In this document: positions 39,775 to 47,775 of the stretch, piece by piece
How positions within the stretch are numbered: position 1 is the stretch's first letter
Layout: each line of letters starts with the position of its first letter
Virus record (IMG/VR): IMGVR_UViG_3300037119_002976
Location: 1-64,000 of that record
Source: a virus
Taxonomy: Duplodnaviria; Heunggongvirae; Uroviricota; Caudoviricetes
Strand: one strand, 5' to 3'
DNA: 64,000 nucleotides
Program-made: the position numbers and the translations under genes
Notes under the pieces: generated by a model
What the model was told of the DNA's origin: nothing
What the model saw: the letters and a program-made list of their open reading frames with translations, nothing else
The model's database searches: none

Positions 39775-40506
39775 ATGGCCGACTCCACTTCTACGCTTGG
39801 CGGCATGCAACCCGACTCCATCCTCGGCTTCATCACCGGGAGCTCGGTCAACTTCTGGTTCATGCACTCGGTGCTGAACCTGTTCAAGAACGACCCGGCC
39901 AATCGCTTCAACTCGGACTGGCTGCTCGTCTTCGGGCCGTACATCCACGCGAACCGCAACCAGCTCCAGGACCAGTTCATGGACACGGGGCGCGAGTGGC
40001 TGCTGTCGGTCGACAACGACATGGTCTTCACGCCTGGTGACGTCTTCGCGCTGTACGACGAGGCTGCGAAGCGCGGCCCCGGTGTGTACGCCGGCACGTA
40101 CGTTCTCGAGAACGGATTCCAGGTCTGCGGACTCTGGAACGACGACGAGCCGATGGTCTACCACAACCTCGTCCAGCTCCCCGAGAAGCCGACCGAGATC
40201 GGCGTCGTCGGCATGGGCTTCACGCTCATTCACCGCAGCGTCTTCGAGGCGATCGGGCCAGGAGCGTTCTGGCCTGTCAACGAGCAGCGCTCGACCGGAG
40301 AGGACTTGTCCTTCTCCTGGCGCGCACGCGAGGCGGGCTTCACACCGATTCTCGTCCCAGCCTGCAACCCAGGCCACCACAAGACGATGGTGGTCTACCC
40401 GCATGGCTCGATCCGCAACGCGATCGGAGAGGACATCAATCTCGTCGAACTCGACGAGGAGCTCAAGGAGCTCAACCGCGAGATGATGGAGGAGGTGAAA
40501 AGCTAA
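39775..40506 (+). CDS. glycosyltransferase, GT-A fold (243 aa)
   Basis: ATG 39775 is 3 nt after the upstream TAG; DxD motif LLSVDNDMVF; C-terminal GEDLSFSWRAREAG is typical of GT2-like enzymes. Confidence 0.65.
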   Translation: MADSTSTLGGMQPDSILGFITGSSVNFWFMHSVLNLFKNDPANRFNSDWLLVFGPYIHANRNQLQDQFMDTGREWLLSVDNDMVFTPGDVFALYDEAAKRGPGVYAGTYVLENGFQVCGLWNDDEPMVYHNLVQLPEKPTEIGVVGMGFTLIHRSVFEAIGPGAFWPVNEQRSTGEDLSFSWRAREAGFTPILVPACNPGHHKTMVVYPHGSIRNAIGEDINLVELDEELKELNREMMEEVKS

Positions 40507-40841
40507 TGGCTGCTTACAATCCAGCTGCCCTCGTGCCTGCGATGACGTCGGTCACTTCGACCGCGGCGTACCAGACCTCGACGGCGGCGAACACGGGCGT
40601 CCTGCGCACGATCCACGCGCAGAGCTCGGCGGCGTCACACTCGATCACGGTCACGGCGGGTGGTCAGGACGCGGCGGCGACCCGTCTGTTCGATGCGTAT
40701 GCGTTGACGGCGCTCGTCCCGGCGATCTTCAACGGCTGGTGGGTCGTGCCCGCGACCGTCGTGTCGTGGCTCGGCTACAAGTCGGATACGGCAACCGGGT
40801 CGATCGTGATGCTGACGATCGGTGGCTACATCTATAGCTGA
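40506..40841 (+). CDS. Ala/Thr/Ser-rich small protein (111 aa)
   Basis: ATG 40506 overlaps the upstream TAA; low-complexity hydroxyl-rich sequence ending ...TIGGYIYS. Confidence 0.4.
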   Translation: MAAYNPAALVPAMTSVTSTAAYQTSTAANTGVLRTIHAQSSAASHSITVTAGGQDAAATRLFDAYALTALVPAIFNGWWVVPATVVSWLGYKSDTATGSIVMLTIGGYIYS

Positions 40842-40862
40842 CAGTTCAGGTATGCTGCCCAA

Positions 40863-41354
40863 GTGGGTGACGAACGCGCTTGGGCAGCAGGCCTGTTCGA
40901 CGGCGAAGGCTCAGTTGGCTGTTACGGAAGACCGGACGGCCGGAAGCGACGAGGGAGCTACTGGCACATTCGCCTCAGTGTTGCCCAGCACCACGATCGC
41001 GAAGTGCTCGACCGCTTCGTCGCTGCTGTCGGAGTTGGGAAGGTCTACGGCCCGTACCAGGGCCACAAGTACAGCGTTCAGGTCGTCGGGAAGAACGCCG
41101 AGATCGTCATCCAGGCGATCTGGCCGTGGCTCTCTGGGCCGAAGAGAAAGCAGATCGAGGCGGCGAGGGCGAAGTTCGAGGCACGCGGAGAGTCGGCCAA
41201 GGGTGGCCGCGTCTGTCCTCCCGACTGCCAATGTGGTCGACACAAGTGGAAGACCGAGGACGTGTTGCCGGAGATTCAGCTCAAGAGAGAGAAGCAACGT
41301 GAGTACCAGCGCCGCCATCGAGCGAAGGAGAGACATGAAACACCACACGCCTGA
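40863..41354 (+). CDS. LAGLIDADG homing endonuclease, single-motif (163 aa)
   Basis: GTG 40863; motif WAAGLFDGEGSVG near the N-terminus; basic C-terminus. Confidence 0.7.
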   Translation: MGDERAWAAGLFDGEGSVGCYGRPDGRKRRGSYWHIRLSVAQHHDREVLDRFVAAVGVGKVYGPYQGHKYSVQVVGKNAEIVIQAIWPWLSGPKRKQIEAARAKFEARGESAKGGRVCPPDCQCGRHKWKTEDVLPEIQLKREKQREYQRRHRAKERHETPHA

Positions 41355-41583
41355 GCGCTGGTGGGCGATCAAGATCCTCCGTGAGGAGAAGAGGTTGACG
41401 TACAAGCAGATTGGGGATTTCTTCGACCTCTCCACCGAGAGAGTTCGGCAGATCTATCTTCATCCCCAGCCTCCCGCTCGACCTCTGGGTGGGAACTATC
41501 TCTTCCCCTCTGGACGGCACGAGTCAGAGTCATACGCCTTGGGCGTCTACCCATTGATGAGGCGCCATGACCACCATCTCTAG
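41335..41583 (+). CDS. small HTH DNA-binding protein (82 aa)
   Basis: RBS AAGGAG 4 nt before ATG 41335; RLTYKQIGDFFDLSTERVRQI resembles a sigma-70 region-4 / LuxR-type HTH. Confidence 0.5.
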   Translation: MKHHTPERWWAIKILREEKRLTYKQIGDFFDLSTERVRQIYLHPQPPARPLGGNYLFPSGRHESESYALGVYPLMRRHDHHL

Positions 41584-42121
41584 GGAGAGCAACGCGGTCA
41601 GCACCGTGACGACGTTCGACACGGACATCGTCGTTGACATCGGCTGCTGCAGCTATCAGCGCGGCACTCGAGTCGAGGACTCGATCCACACGCTCATCAA
41701 GCGCTTCAAGCCGTCAGTCCTCTTCGGCTTCGATCCTCACCCCGGTCTGCCGGACGCGGTGGGTCAGGTGTACGGCACCACCGTCATCACCTCGCGGCGA
41801 GCTGCCTGGACGCACGACGAGGAGGTGGGCCTCTGCCTCCAGGGCAACTGCACCCATGTCGACCTCGATGAGGAACAGAGGGCCAAGGCCTTCGACATCG
41901 CTGCCTGGGTCAGGACTCTGCCCGAGGCTCGGATCGTGCTCAAGGTCGACGTCGAGGGAGCCGAATACGTGCTCCTGCCGCATCTGATTCGTCATGGCCT
42001 GATGGACAGGTTCTCACACGTGCTGGTCGAGTGGCACACGGGTGAGTACGCGAACGGGCACGAGTCCGATCGCGACGAGATCCTCGCTGGGATCCCCTGC
42101 CCGGTGGAGGTCTGGCAATAG
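41567..42121 (+). CDS. FkbM-family methyltransferase (184 aa)
   Basis: ATGA overlap start; motifs IVVDIGCCSYQRG and LKVDVEGAEYVLLPHL. Paralogue of 14802-15299 with the same motif order. Confidence 0.65.
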   Translation: MTTISRESNAVSTVTTFDTDIVVDIGCCSYQRGTRVEDSIHTLIKRFKPSVLFGFDPHPGLPDAVGQVYGTTVITSRRAAWTHDEEVGLCLQGNCTHVDLDEEQRAKAFDIAAWVRTLPEARIVLKVDVEGAEYVLLPHLIRHGLMDRFSHVLVEWHTGEYANGHESDRDEILAGIPCPVEVWQ

Positions 42122-42207
42122 ACCTCACGGCCTTCAGTCAAGCGCACGGCCACGAGAAGTACGACTGGTACTTCCCCTTCTTCGACGCGTGCCTGGACTG
42201 GTACGAC

Positions 42208-42693
42208 GTGAACCGCTTGCTCGAGATCGGCGTGAGCAAGAGGTCTCTGGTCACCTGGCTGGAGTGCTTCCCTGACGCCGAGGTCGTCGGCCTCGACACC
42301 GAGCCGAACGGCCCGACCAACACCGACGACATCGCCGGCATCGAGAACGACCGGCTGACATTCGTTCTGGGAGATCAGACCGACGTCGATCTCCTGGAGT
42401 CTCTCGGTGCTTTCGACGCCATCTTCGACGACGGTGGCCATCACTCTCGCCAGCAGATCGCGAGCTTCATGACGCTCTTCCCGCGCATGAACTCAGGCGG
42501 CTGGTACTTCATCGAGGACATCCACTGCTCGTACATGGCGGGCTATCAGGACGACGGCCTCACCACGATGGACTTCATTCAGTTTCTGCTCGACGACATG
42601 CACTCCCGCTACATGACGCCGCCGGGGACACAAGAGTGGCCGATCAGCGAGGTACGCTTTGTCGATTCCGTGGCTGCCTTCCGACGATCATGA
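42208..42693 (+). CDS. class I methyltransferase, TylF/CmcI-like (161 aa); start uncertain
   Basis: GTG 42208 is the first start codon, but the frame is open back to 42046 and the upstream residues look protein-like. LEIGVSKRSLVTW...FDDGGHHSRQQIASF matches the macrocin-O-MT / CmcI family. Confidence 0.55.
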   Translation: MNRLLEIGVSKRSLVTWLECFPDAEVVGLDTEPNGPTNTDDIAGIENDRLTFVLGDQTDVDLLESLGAFDAIFDDGGHHSRQQIASFMTLFPRMNSGGWYFIEDIHCSYMAGYQDDGLTTMDFIQFLLDDMHSRYMTPPGTQEWPISEVRFVDSVAAFRRS

Positions 42694-42971
42694 CCGAGCT
42701 TCGCGAGACTGATGGAGTCCCGATCTGGCTCCCGAATCACCAGGAGCCGCATCTGGTGAAGAGAGAGCGCCGGGCCTACGACTCAGAGGACGACGGCGGT
42801 CAGGCGAAGGCGCTGATCGAGACGGGCCTCTTCGAGACCGGGTCAGGTTTCGTGTTCCGCTGCCCGCTGTGTGGGCGTCAGGAGCGAAACGACCAGAGGA
42901 TGGAGCCCATGTGCACGGGGCCGGGTTGGACGGACGATCACCCGCCCGAAGTAATGGTCTGCGTGGCGTGA
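42690..42971 (+). CDS. hypothetical Cys-containing protein (93 aa)
   Basis: ATGA overlap start; CPLCG...C zinc-ribbon-like. Confidence 0.4.
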   Translation: MTELRETDGVPIWLPNHQEPHLVKRERRAYDSEDDGGQAKALIETGLFETGSGFVFRCPLCGRQERNDQRMEPMCTGPGWTDDHPPEVMVCVA

Positions 42972-44095
42972 GCTACACGCTCCACGTCGTCTCCCTCCCG
43001 CACACGACGCTCACCGAGAAAGACGCGCAGTGCGCGTACTCGATGAAGGTGCTCAAGTTCGTGCCGATGATGCAGGACCAGGGCTGCAAGGTCATCCTGT
43101 ACGGGCCCGACCAGATCGACTGCTCTCCCGACGAGCACGTCGTCGTCACGACCGAGGCTGATCGCCTGCGCTGGGGATACGGAGGGCCCACGGGCTACGA
43201 CACCACGAAGGCGTTCGAGTGGGACGGCTCCCAGCCGTACTGGTTCGAGTCCTGTCAGCGAACGATCGACGCGATGCGCGAGCGCATGCCGAAGGATCGG
43301 CGCGGGCACTACATCTGCCTCGCGACGTCCACGCAGGCGGCCATCCCGGATGCGGTCGCAGGGCCGAGCTGGAACGCGCCGATCACGCTCGAGTGGGGCG
43401 TCGGCTACATCGGGGTCGACATGCGCTCCTGGCATGCCTACGAGTCCTACGCCTGGATGCACCAGGTCTACGGTATCCGCAACATCGGCGACGGCCGCGC
43501 CTTCGACCAGGTGATCCCGAACTTCTTCGACGTCTCGCAGTTCTCGGTCGCCAAGAACCCGAGCGCCGACTACGTCCTCTTCATCGGGCGCTGCATCATG
43601 CGCAAGGGGCCGCACGTGGCCGCCGAGATCGCGAAGCGCATCGGTCTGCCGCTCGTGGTCGCCGGGCCGGGCGCTGTCGAGGCTGGCGGCGTCCTGCACA
43701 CACAGGAGGGCGTGCCGATCACGGGCGAGGTCGACTACGTCGGATCCGTCGGGTTCGCCGAGCGCAACGAGCTCATGTCGAACGCCGCCGCGACGATCGT
43801 GCCCACGCTCTACATCGAGCCCTTCGGTGGCGTCGCTGTCGAGGCGATGCTCGCCGGCAGTCCGGTGATCGCATCGGACTGGGGCTCGTTCACCGAGATC
43901 GTCACGCCAGACGTGGGCGCACGCTTCCGCACGCCGCTCCAGGGCGCCGCGGCCTTCGAGGAGGTTCAGAAGTTGAAGCGCCCGGCTATCCGCAAGGCAG
44001 CGAAGGCACGGTTCTCACAGGAGGCCGTCGGGCCGATGTTCATGCGCTGGTTCGACCAGCTGGACCTGCTCTGGGAGAAGGGATGGGATCAGTGA
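42968..44095 (+). CDS. glycosyltransferase family 4 (GT-B, group 1) (375 aa)
   Basis: GTGA overlap start; C-terminal Rossmann domain with FIGRCIMRKGPHVAAEI and EPFGGVAVEAMLAGSPVIASDWG (E-x7-E GT4 signature). Confidence 0.8.
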   Translation: MSYTLHVVSLPHTTLTEKDAQCAYSMKVLKFVPMMQDQGCKVILYGPDQIDCSPDEHVVVTTEADRLRWGYGGPTGYDTTKAFEWDGSQPYWFESCQRTIDAMRERMPKDRRGHYICLATSTQAAIPDAVAGPSWNAPITLEWGVGYIGVDMRSWHAYESYAWMHQVYGIRNIGDGRAFDQVIPNFFDVSQFSVAKNPSADYVLFIGRCIMRKGPHVAAEIAKRIGLPLVVAGPGAVEAGGVLHTQEGVPITGEVDYVGSVGFAERNELMSNAAATIVPTLYIEPFGGVAVEAMLAGSPVIASDWGSFTEIVTPDVGARFRTPLQGAAAFEEVQKLKRPAIRKAAKARFSQEAVGPMFMRWFDQLDLLWEKGWDQ

Positions 44096-44292
44096 CGGTC
44101 GCTCCAGTGAATACGGCGGGCTCGCGCATCTGGACGTGCGATGACTGCGGCCAGAGGTTTACGTGGACGAGCGCGAGTTACTGGTTCGGGTCGTACAAGG
44201 ATCTCGATGAAGGGAACTGGTCGACGGTTCAGGTCTACTGCGGCTGTCGCCCGATGCCAGAAGGCGAGAGAGTGCGCGAGGTGGAGATGTGA
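44092..44292 (+). CDS. small zinc-ribbon protein (66 aa)
   Basis: GTGA overlap start; CDDCG...CGC. Confidence 0.4.
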   Translation: MTVAPVNTAGSRIWTCDDCGQRFTWTSASYWFGSYKDLDEGNWSTVQVYCGCRPMPEGERVREVEM

Positions 44293-44405
44293 CCAAGGTG
44301 AAACTAAAAGTGGTGAGCATCAAGACCACAAAGGTCGATACGCGCAAGTGGCCTGACGACTTTCGCGGCTTCGGCACGAACGTCCGCCCGAAGAAGCAGA
44401 AGTGA
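44289..44405 (+). CDS. small Lys-rich protein (38 aa), speculative
   Basis: GTG 44289 overlaps the upstream TGA; TGA 44403-44405 overlaps the next GTG; low-GC island. Confidence 0.25.
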   Translation: MTKVKLKVVSIKTTKVDTRKWPDDFRGFGTNVRPKKQK

Positions 44406-44983
44406 GCTTCGACGAAGCCGAGTGGTGGGCGGACTGCGCGAACACGCTCCACGAGGAGCAGAAGCAGCTCGTGTACGCGACGCGCATGGGCCTGATCGCG
44501 AACTGGTCATGCGCGCATCCACCTGAGTTCGACATCGAGGGACGCTCGGTGCTCGACATCGGCGGCGGCCCCGTCTCCCTCCTACTGAAGTGCGTGAACC
44601 GAGGGCGCTGCGTGGTAGTCGACCCGAGTGACTTCCCACTGTGGGTGTTCGAGCGCTACCGCCACTGCAAGATCGACTTCTGGCACGGGCCGGCGGAGGA
44701 GATCACCGACGAGAAGCTGCACTTCGACGAGGCCTGGATCTACAACGTGCTCCAGCACGTCGGCGACCCGGCCGAGGTGATCGAGAGAGCTCGCAAGCAT
44801 GCGAGCACCGTCCGCGTCTTCGAGTGGATCGACATCGACCCGTACCCCGGTCACCCGCATCGTCTCGAGCGCGAGGGGCTCGACGAGTGGCTTGACGGTC
44901 ACGGATTCGTCGCCCAGCTCAACGAACGTGGCTGCGTCGGGACGGCGTACTACGGCGTGTTTCAGGGTGCGCTGACCGACTAG
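44402..44983 (+). CDS. class I SAM-dependent methyltransferase (193 aa)
   Basis: GTGA overlap start; motif I VLDIGGGPVSLL; acidic strand VVVDPSDF. Confidence 0.6.
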   Translation: MSFDEAEWWADCANTLHEEQKQLVYATRMGLIANWSCAHPPEFDIEGRSVLDIGGGPVSLLLKCVNRGRCVVVDPSDFPLWVFERYRHCKIDFWHGPAEEITDEKLHFDEAWIYNVLQHVGDPAEVIERARKHASTVRVFEWIDIDPYPGHPHRLEREGLDEWLDGHGFVAQLNERGCVGTAYYGVFQGALTD

Positions 44984-45003
44984 CGGCCTACAATCCCGCT
45001 CCG

Positions 45004-46083
45004 GTGGACGTTACTGCCGGACTTCCCTTTGAGGCCGTCTTCGAGTCTGGTCTGACGGGGCTCGTCCCTGGAGTCGAAGTGGCGATCATCGACAACGTCG
45101 GAAACGTCGTTCTGGCAGCCTCCGGCGTCGGCATCACCGAGCAGGTAATCGACGGGAATCCCGACACGGGAATCTACGCGGTTGTCCTGACGGCACCAGC
45201 CAACGAGGGTCAGTACACGCTCGTGTGGTCGACGGACGGCTCCTTCGATCAGGAGACCGTCACGGTTGAGAGCCTGGTGGTGCGCGAGCTCGGCACCGTC
45301 CTTCCCCCGATCGGCATCCCTGCTTCCGGTGTCTCTCTCGGGCCGTGCTCGATGTGGGCCGACATCAATGAGATCGGCACCTGTTGCCCCGTCGTCACGG
45401 AGGGCGTGGATCCGTTCGTCCTGATCGCCACGCTGACGTCCGCGATGACTGCCGCCTCAGAGGTGCTCTACCTCGCCTCCGGCAAGCAGTTCGCCGGGGC
45501 CTGTCAGCGCACTGTGTACCCCAGCCAGGGGGAATGCGTGTGCGGCATTCAGATCCTCTCTCGCGGGTACGTCATCCAGCAGGATGGTTTCTTCAACAAC
45601 TGCTGCAGCGTGAAGCTCCCCGGAACGGTGCGCGAGGTCACCGAGGTGACAGTGGACGGCGATGTCGTCGATCCTGACGCCTACGAAGTTCGGGAGCGCC
45701 GCCACCTCGTGCGCATCGACGGAAGCCACTGGCCTTGCTGCCAGCAGGAGTGCGCTCCGCGGTCGTTCGCAGTCACCTACGTCTACGGGAAGACGCCGCC
45801 CCAGATCGGGGCGAACGCCGCGCTCGCCCTCGCCTGCGAGATCTACAAGTCATGCCCGATTTCTGGCTCTGCCGACTGCGCTCTCCCCACCGGTGTGACC
45901 CGCGTAACACGTCAGGGGATCACAATCGAGCGCACCTTCATGCAGCAGGACGCTCACGGCGTCTGGCGCACGGGGATCGCCGCTGTCGATCTCTTCCTGA
46001 ACACGGTCAACCCGGCGGGAATCTCTCGCCGCGGGACCGTCTGGAGCCCGAGCTCTTCGGCGCGTTACGCGCGGGGCGCATGA
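45004..46083 (+). CDS. Cys-rich virion structural protein (359 aa), function unassigned
   Basis: GTG 45004; 16 Cys; beta-rich. Position between the sugar island and neck genes suggests a head-tail or neck component. Confidence 0.5.
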   Translation: MDVTAGLPFEAVFESGLTGLVPGVEVAIIDNVGNVVLAASGVGITEQVIDGNPDTGIYAVVLTAPANEGQYTLVWSTDGSFDQETVTVESLVVRELGTVLPPIGIPASGVSLGPCSMWADINEIGTCCPVVTEGVDPFVLIATLTSAMTAASEVLYLASGKQFAGACQRTVYPSQGECVCGIQILSRGYVIQQDGFFNNCCSVKLPGTVREVTEVTVDGDVVDPDAYEVRERRHLVRIDGSHWPCCQQECAPRSFAVTYVYGKTPPQIGANAALALACEIYKSCPISGSADCALPTGVTRVTRQGITIERTFMQQDAHGVWRTGIAAVDLFLNTVNPAGISRRGTVWSPSSSARYARGA

Positions 46084-46445
46084 GCTCCGTCGTCATCTAC
46101 GAGCGCGCCCTGAATCGGTTGCTCTATTCCCGGACCGGGACAGTCGGAAGGATCATCGACCAGAAGGCCGACGCAATCTTCAAGAACGCAGAGCTGAATA
46201 TCCAGGAGACGTTCGAGTCGCGAACGGGAGATCTCGAAGGTGGCCTTCGGAAGATCCCGAAGGAGAGCCGGACTGGGTACCACGTTGTCGTCGGCTCGGG
46301 GGCTACGCACCGGGGTTTCCCGTATGCGAGGGCTCTTGAGACCGGGATCAACCCGCTCACGGGCGCCGCTATGAACTTCAAGGAAGACAAGGCCTTCATG
46401 GTCCCCGCTGTGAAGCGGGCTGGTTTCCGTCTGCGAAAGGCCTAG
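46080..46445 (+). CDS. HK97-gp10-like neck / tail-completion protein (121 aa)
   Basis: ATGA overlap start; motif GFPYARALETGINP resembles the YA..EfGT core of HK97 gp10-family proteins. Confidence 0.5.
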   Translation: MSSVVIYERALNRLLYSRTGTVGRIIDQKADAIFKNAELNIQETFESRTGDLEGGLRKIPKESRTGYHVVVGSGATHRGFPYARALETGINPLTGAAMNFKEDKAFMVPAVKRAGFRLRKA

Positions 46446-46994
46446 ATGGCTGACATCGGCGATCTCCAGCTTCTGTCTCAGGCGCTCCTCGATGCGTGCG
46501 CCGAGGCGCTGGACACCATCCCCGCCTGGGACGCTTCGCTTCTTGGAGCACCGGATCGGCAATTCGTCTCTGCGGGCCTGCCGGTCTGGGACTGCTGCGA
46601 GCAGCTCGTCGTCCACGTCGTAGGCCTGCTCGAGGGCGACACGAGCCCTGGCGGACTGCCTTCTGGGAAGCGTGGCCTGTACGGCCGCATCAACCACGTC
46701 CTGCTGAACGCGACTATCACTCGCTGCATCTCGACCGGCGTGGAGTCACCCGGCGGGGCCTACAGCGCGCCCTCCGTAGCGAACCTCTCGGCGGACGCTG
46801 TGCAGCACAACGCCGATGGCTGGGCGCTCTGGAATCACCTCTACAACCTGCAGTCGTCCGGGCTGTTTCTTAATCTCTGCGACGAAGTGTTCTTCGAGGG
46901 GATCACGTCTGCCATTCCTGCAGGGGGTTGCGCGGGATGGGTCGTGGCCGTTCGCGCATACCTCGGCGGCTACAACGAGACCCTCACTACCTAG
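46446..46994 (+). CDS. virion protein, possible tail terminator / tube component (182 aa)
   Basis: ATG 46446 is immediately after the upstream TAG and upstream of the chaperones; assigned by synteny only. Confidence 0.45.
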   Translation: MADIGDLQLLSQALLDACAEALDTIPAWDASLLGAPDRQFVSAGLPVWDCCEQLVVHVVGLLEGDTSPGGLPSGKRGLYGRINHVLLNATITRCISTGVESPGGAYSAPSVANLSADAVQHNADGWALWNHLYNLQSSGLFLNLCDEVFFEGITSAIPAGGCAGWVVAVRAYLGGYNETLTT

Positions 46995-47005
46995 AAAGGA
47001 AGTGA

Positions 47006-47491
47006 ATGGCTAAGGACCAGGCACCAGAGAACTTCGATTCTCTCTACAACGGGAATCGTGCATTCATCCTCGGCGGCGTGACTTTCCACTGGGAGCCGTT
47101 GCACTGGCGCGAGTGGGGTGCAACAATCGACGCCCGCGCTGCCGAAGAGGTGGAGAAGGAGAAGAAGCTCCGCGCCGAGCTCGAGCGCCTGAAGGGTGTT
47201 GGGGTGCCGGATGACGAGGCCGAGATCCAGGCCGACGAGATCATCAACGATGAGACTCTCATACAGACGTACGAGAGGCTCGTCGATCGCGCCGTGATCT
47301 ACGTGCTCGACAGCGAAGAGGAGAGTTTCCGGGCGGTGGTCAACGACCCGGACAAGAAGGTCACGATCGCGCAGCTGAATGCACTTCTGGTCTGGCTTCA
47401 GGAGGTCCAGACCCCTGAGCGCCCTACGACACCGCAACCAACCTCTTCGTCTGGGGCTGGGAAAACAGGAGCTACCTCGCCGGCTGCATAA
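47006..47491 (+). CDS. tail assembly chaperone (G-like, 161 aa)
   Basis: RBS GAAAGGAAG before ATG 47006; lies immediately upstream of the tape measure gene; acidic; TAA 47489-47491. Confidence 0.55.
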   Translation: MAKDQAPENFDSLYNGNRAFILGGVTFHWEPLHWREWGATIDARAAEEVEKEKKLRAELERLKGVGVPDDEAEIQADEIINDETLIQTYERLVDRAVIYVLDSEEESFRAVVNDPDKKVTIAQLNALLVWLQEVQTPERPTTPQPTSSSGAGKTGATSPAA

Positions 47492-47517
47492 GCCTCCAGG
47501 GCGGAGATGCAGAGGCC

Positions 47518-47775
47518 ATGACGCTCAACCAGTTCCTCGATGCTGCCTACGCCCTGCTGGTCGATGAGTACCGGCGTCTCGGCTCGGGCCTGGTCGAGGC
47601 GCTTGATCGGACCCGCGAGTACGCCGCGGGGTATCGCATCGAACCGCTTACCGCCAGCGGTAACGAGGGGGCAGCCACGCCAGTCCGCAAGCAGCCTGAT
47701 CTCACTCCCGAAGAGCTCGAGAACGAGAGGATGCTGGCCGCGTTCGAGTCGATGATGGGTGATGTGAAGTTCTGA
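47518..47775 (+). CDS. tail assembly chaperone T-like segment (85 aa as stand-alone ORF); probably expressed as a -1 frameshift fusion with 47006
   Basis: Its frame is -1 relative to 47006 and is open continuously from 47419, so it overlaps the last 24 codons of the G-like ORF. A GGGAAAA motif sits at 47459-47465. The stop overlaps the tape measure ATG. Confidence 0.45.
   Translation: MTLNQFLDAAYALLVDEYRRLGSGLVEALDRTREYAAGYRIEPLTASGNEGAATPVRKQPDLTPEELENERMLAAFESMMGDVKF

Noticed and set aside
40822-41583. 253 aa + strand ORF overlapping the LAGLIDADG gene in another frame
   Set aside because: Its Ser/Arg/Thr-rich low-complexity translation marks an alternative-frame artefact. The LAGLIDADG frame has a recognisable catalytic motif.
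47419-47517. GGGAAAA considered as a proven slippery heptamer
   Set aside because: In the zero frame of the upstream ORF the codons read GGG-AAA-ACA with a preceding T, so it is not a canonical X-XXY-YYZ site. The frameshift is kept only as a candidate supported by frame geometry and synteny.
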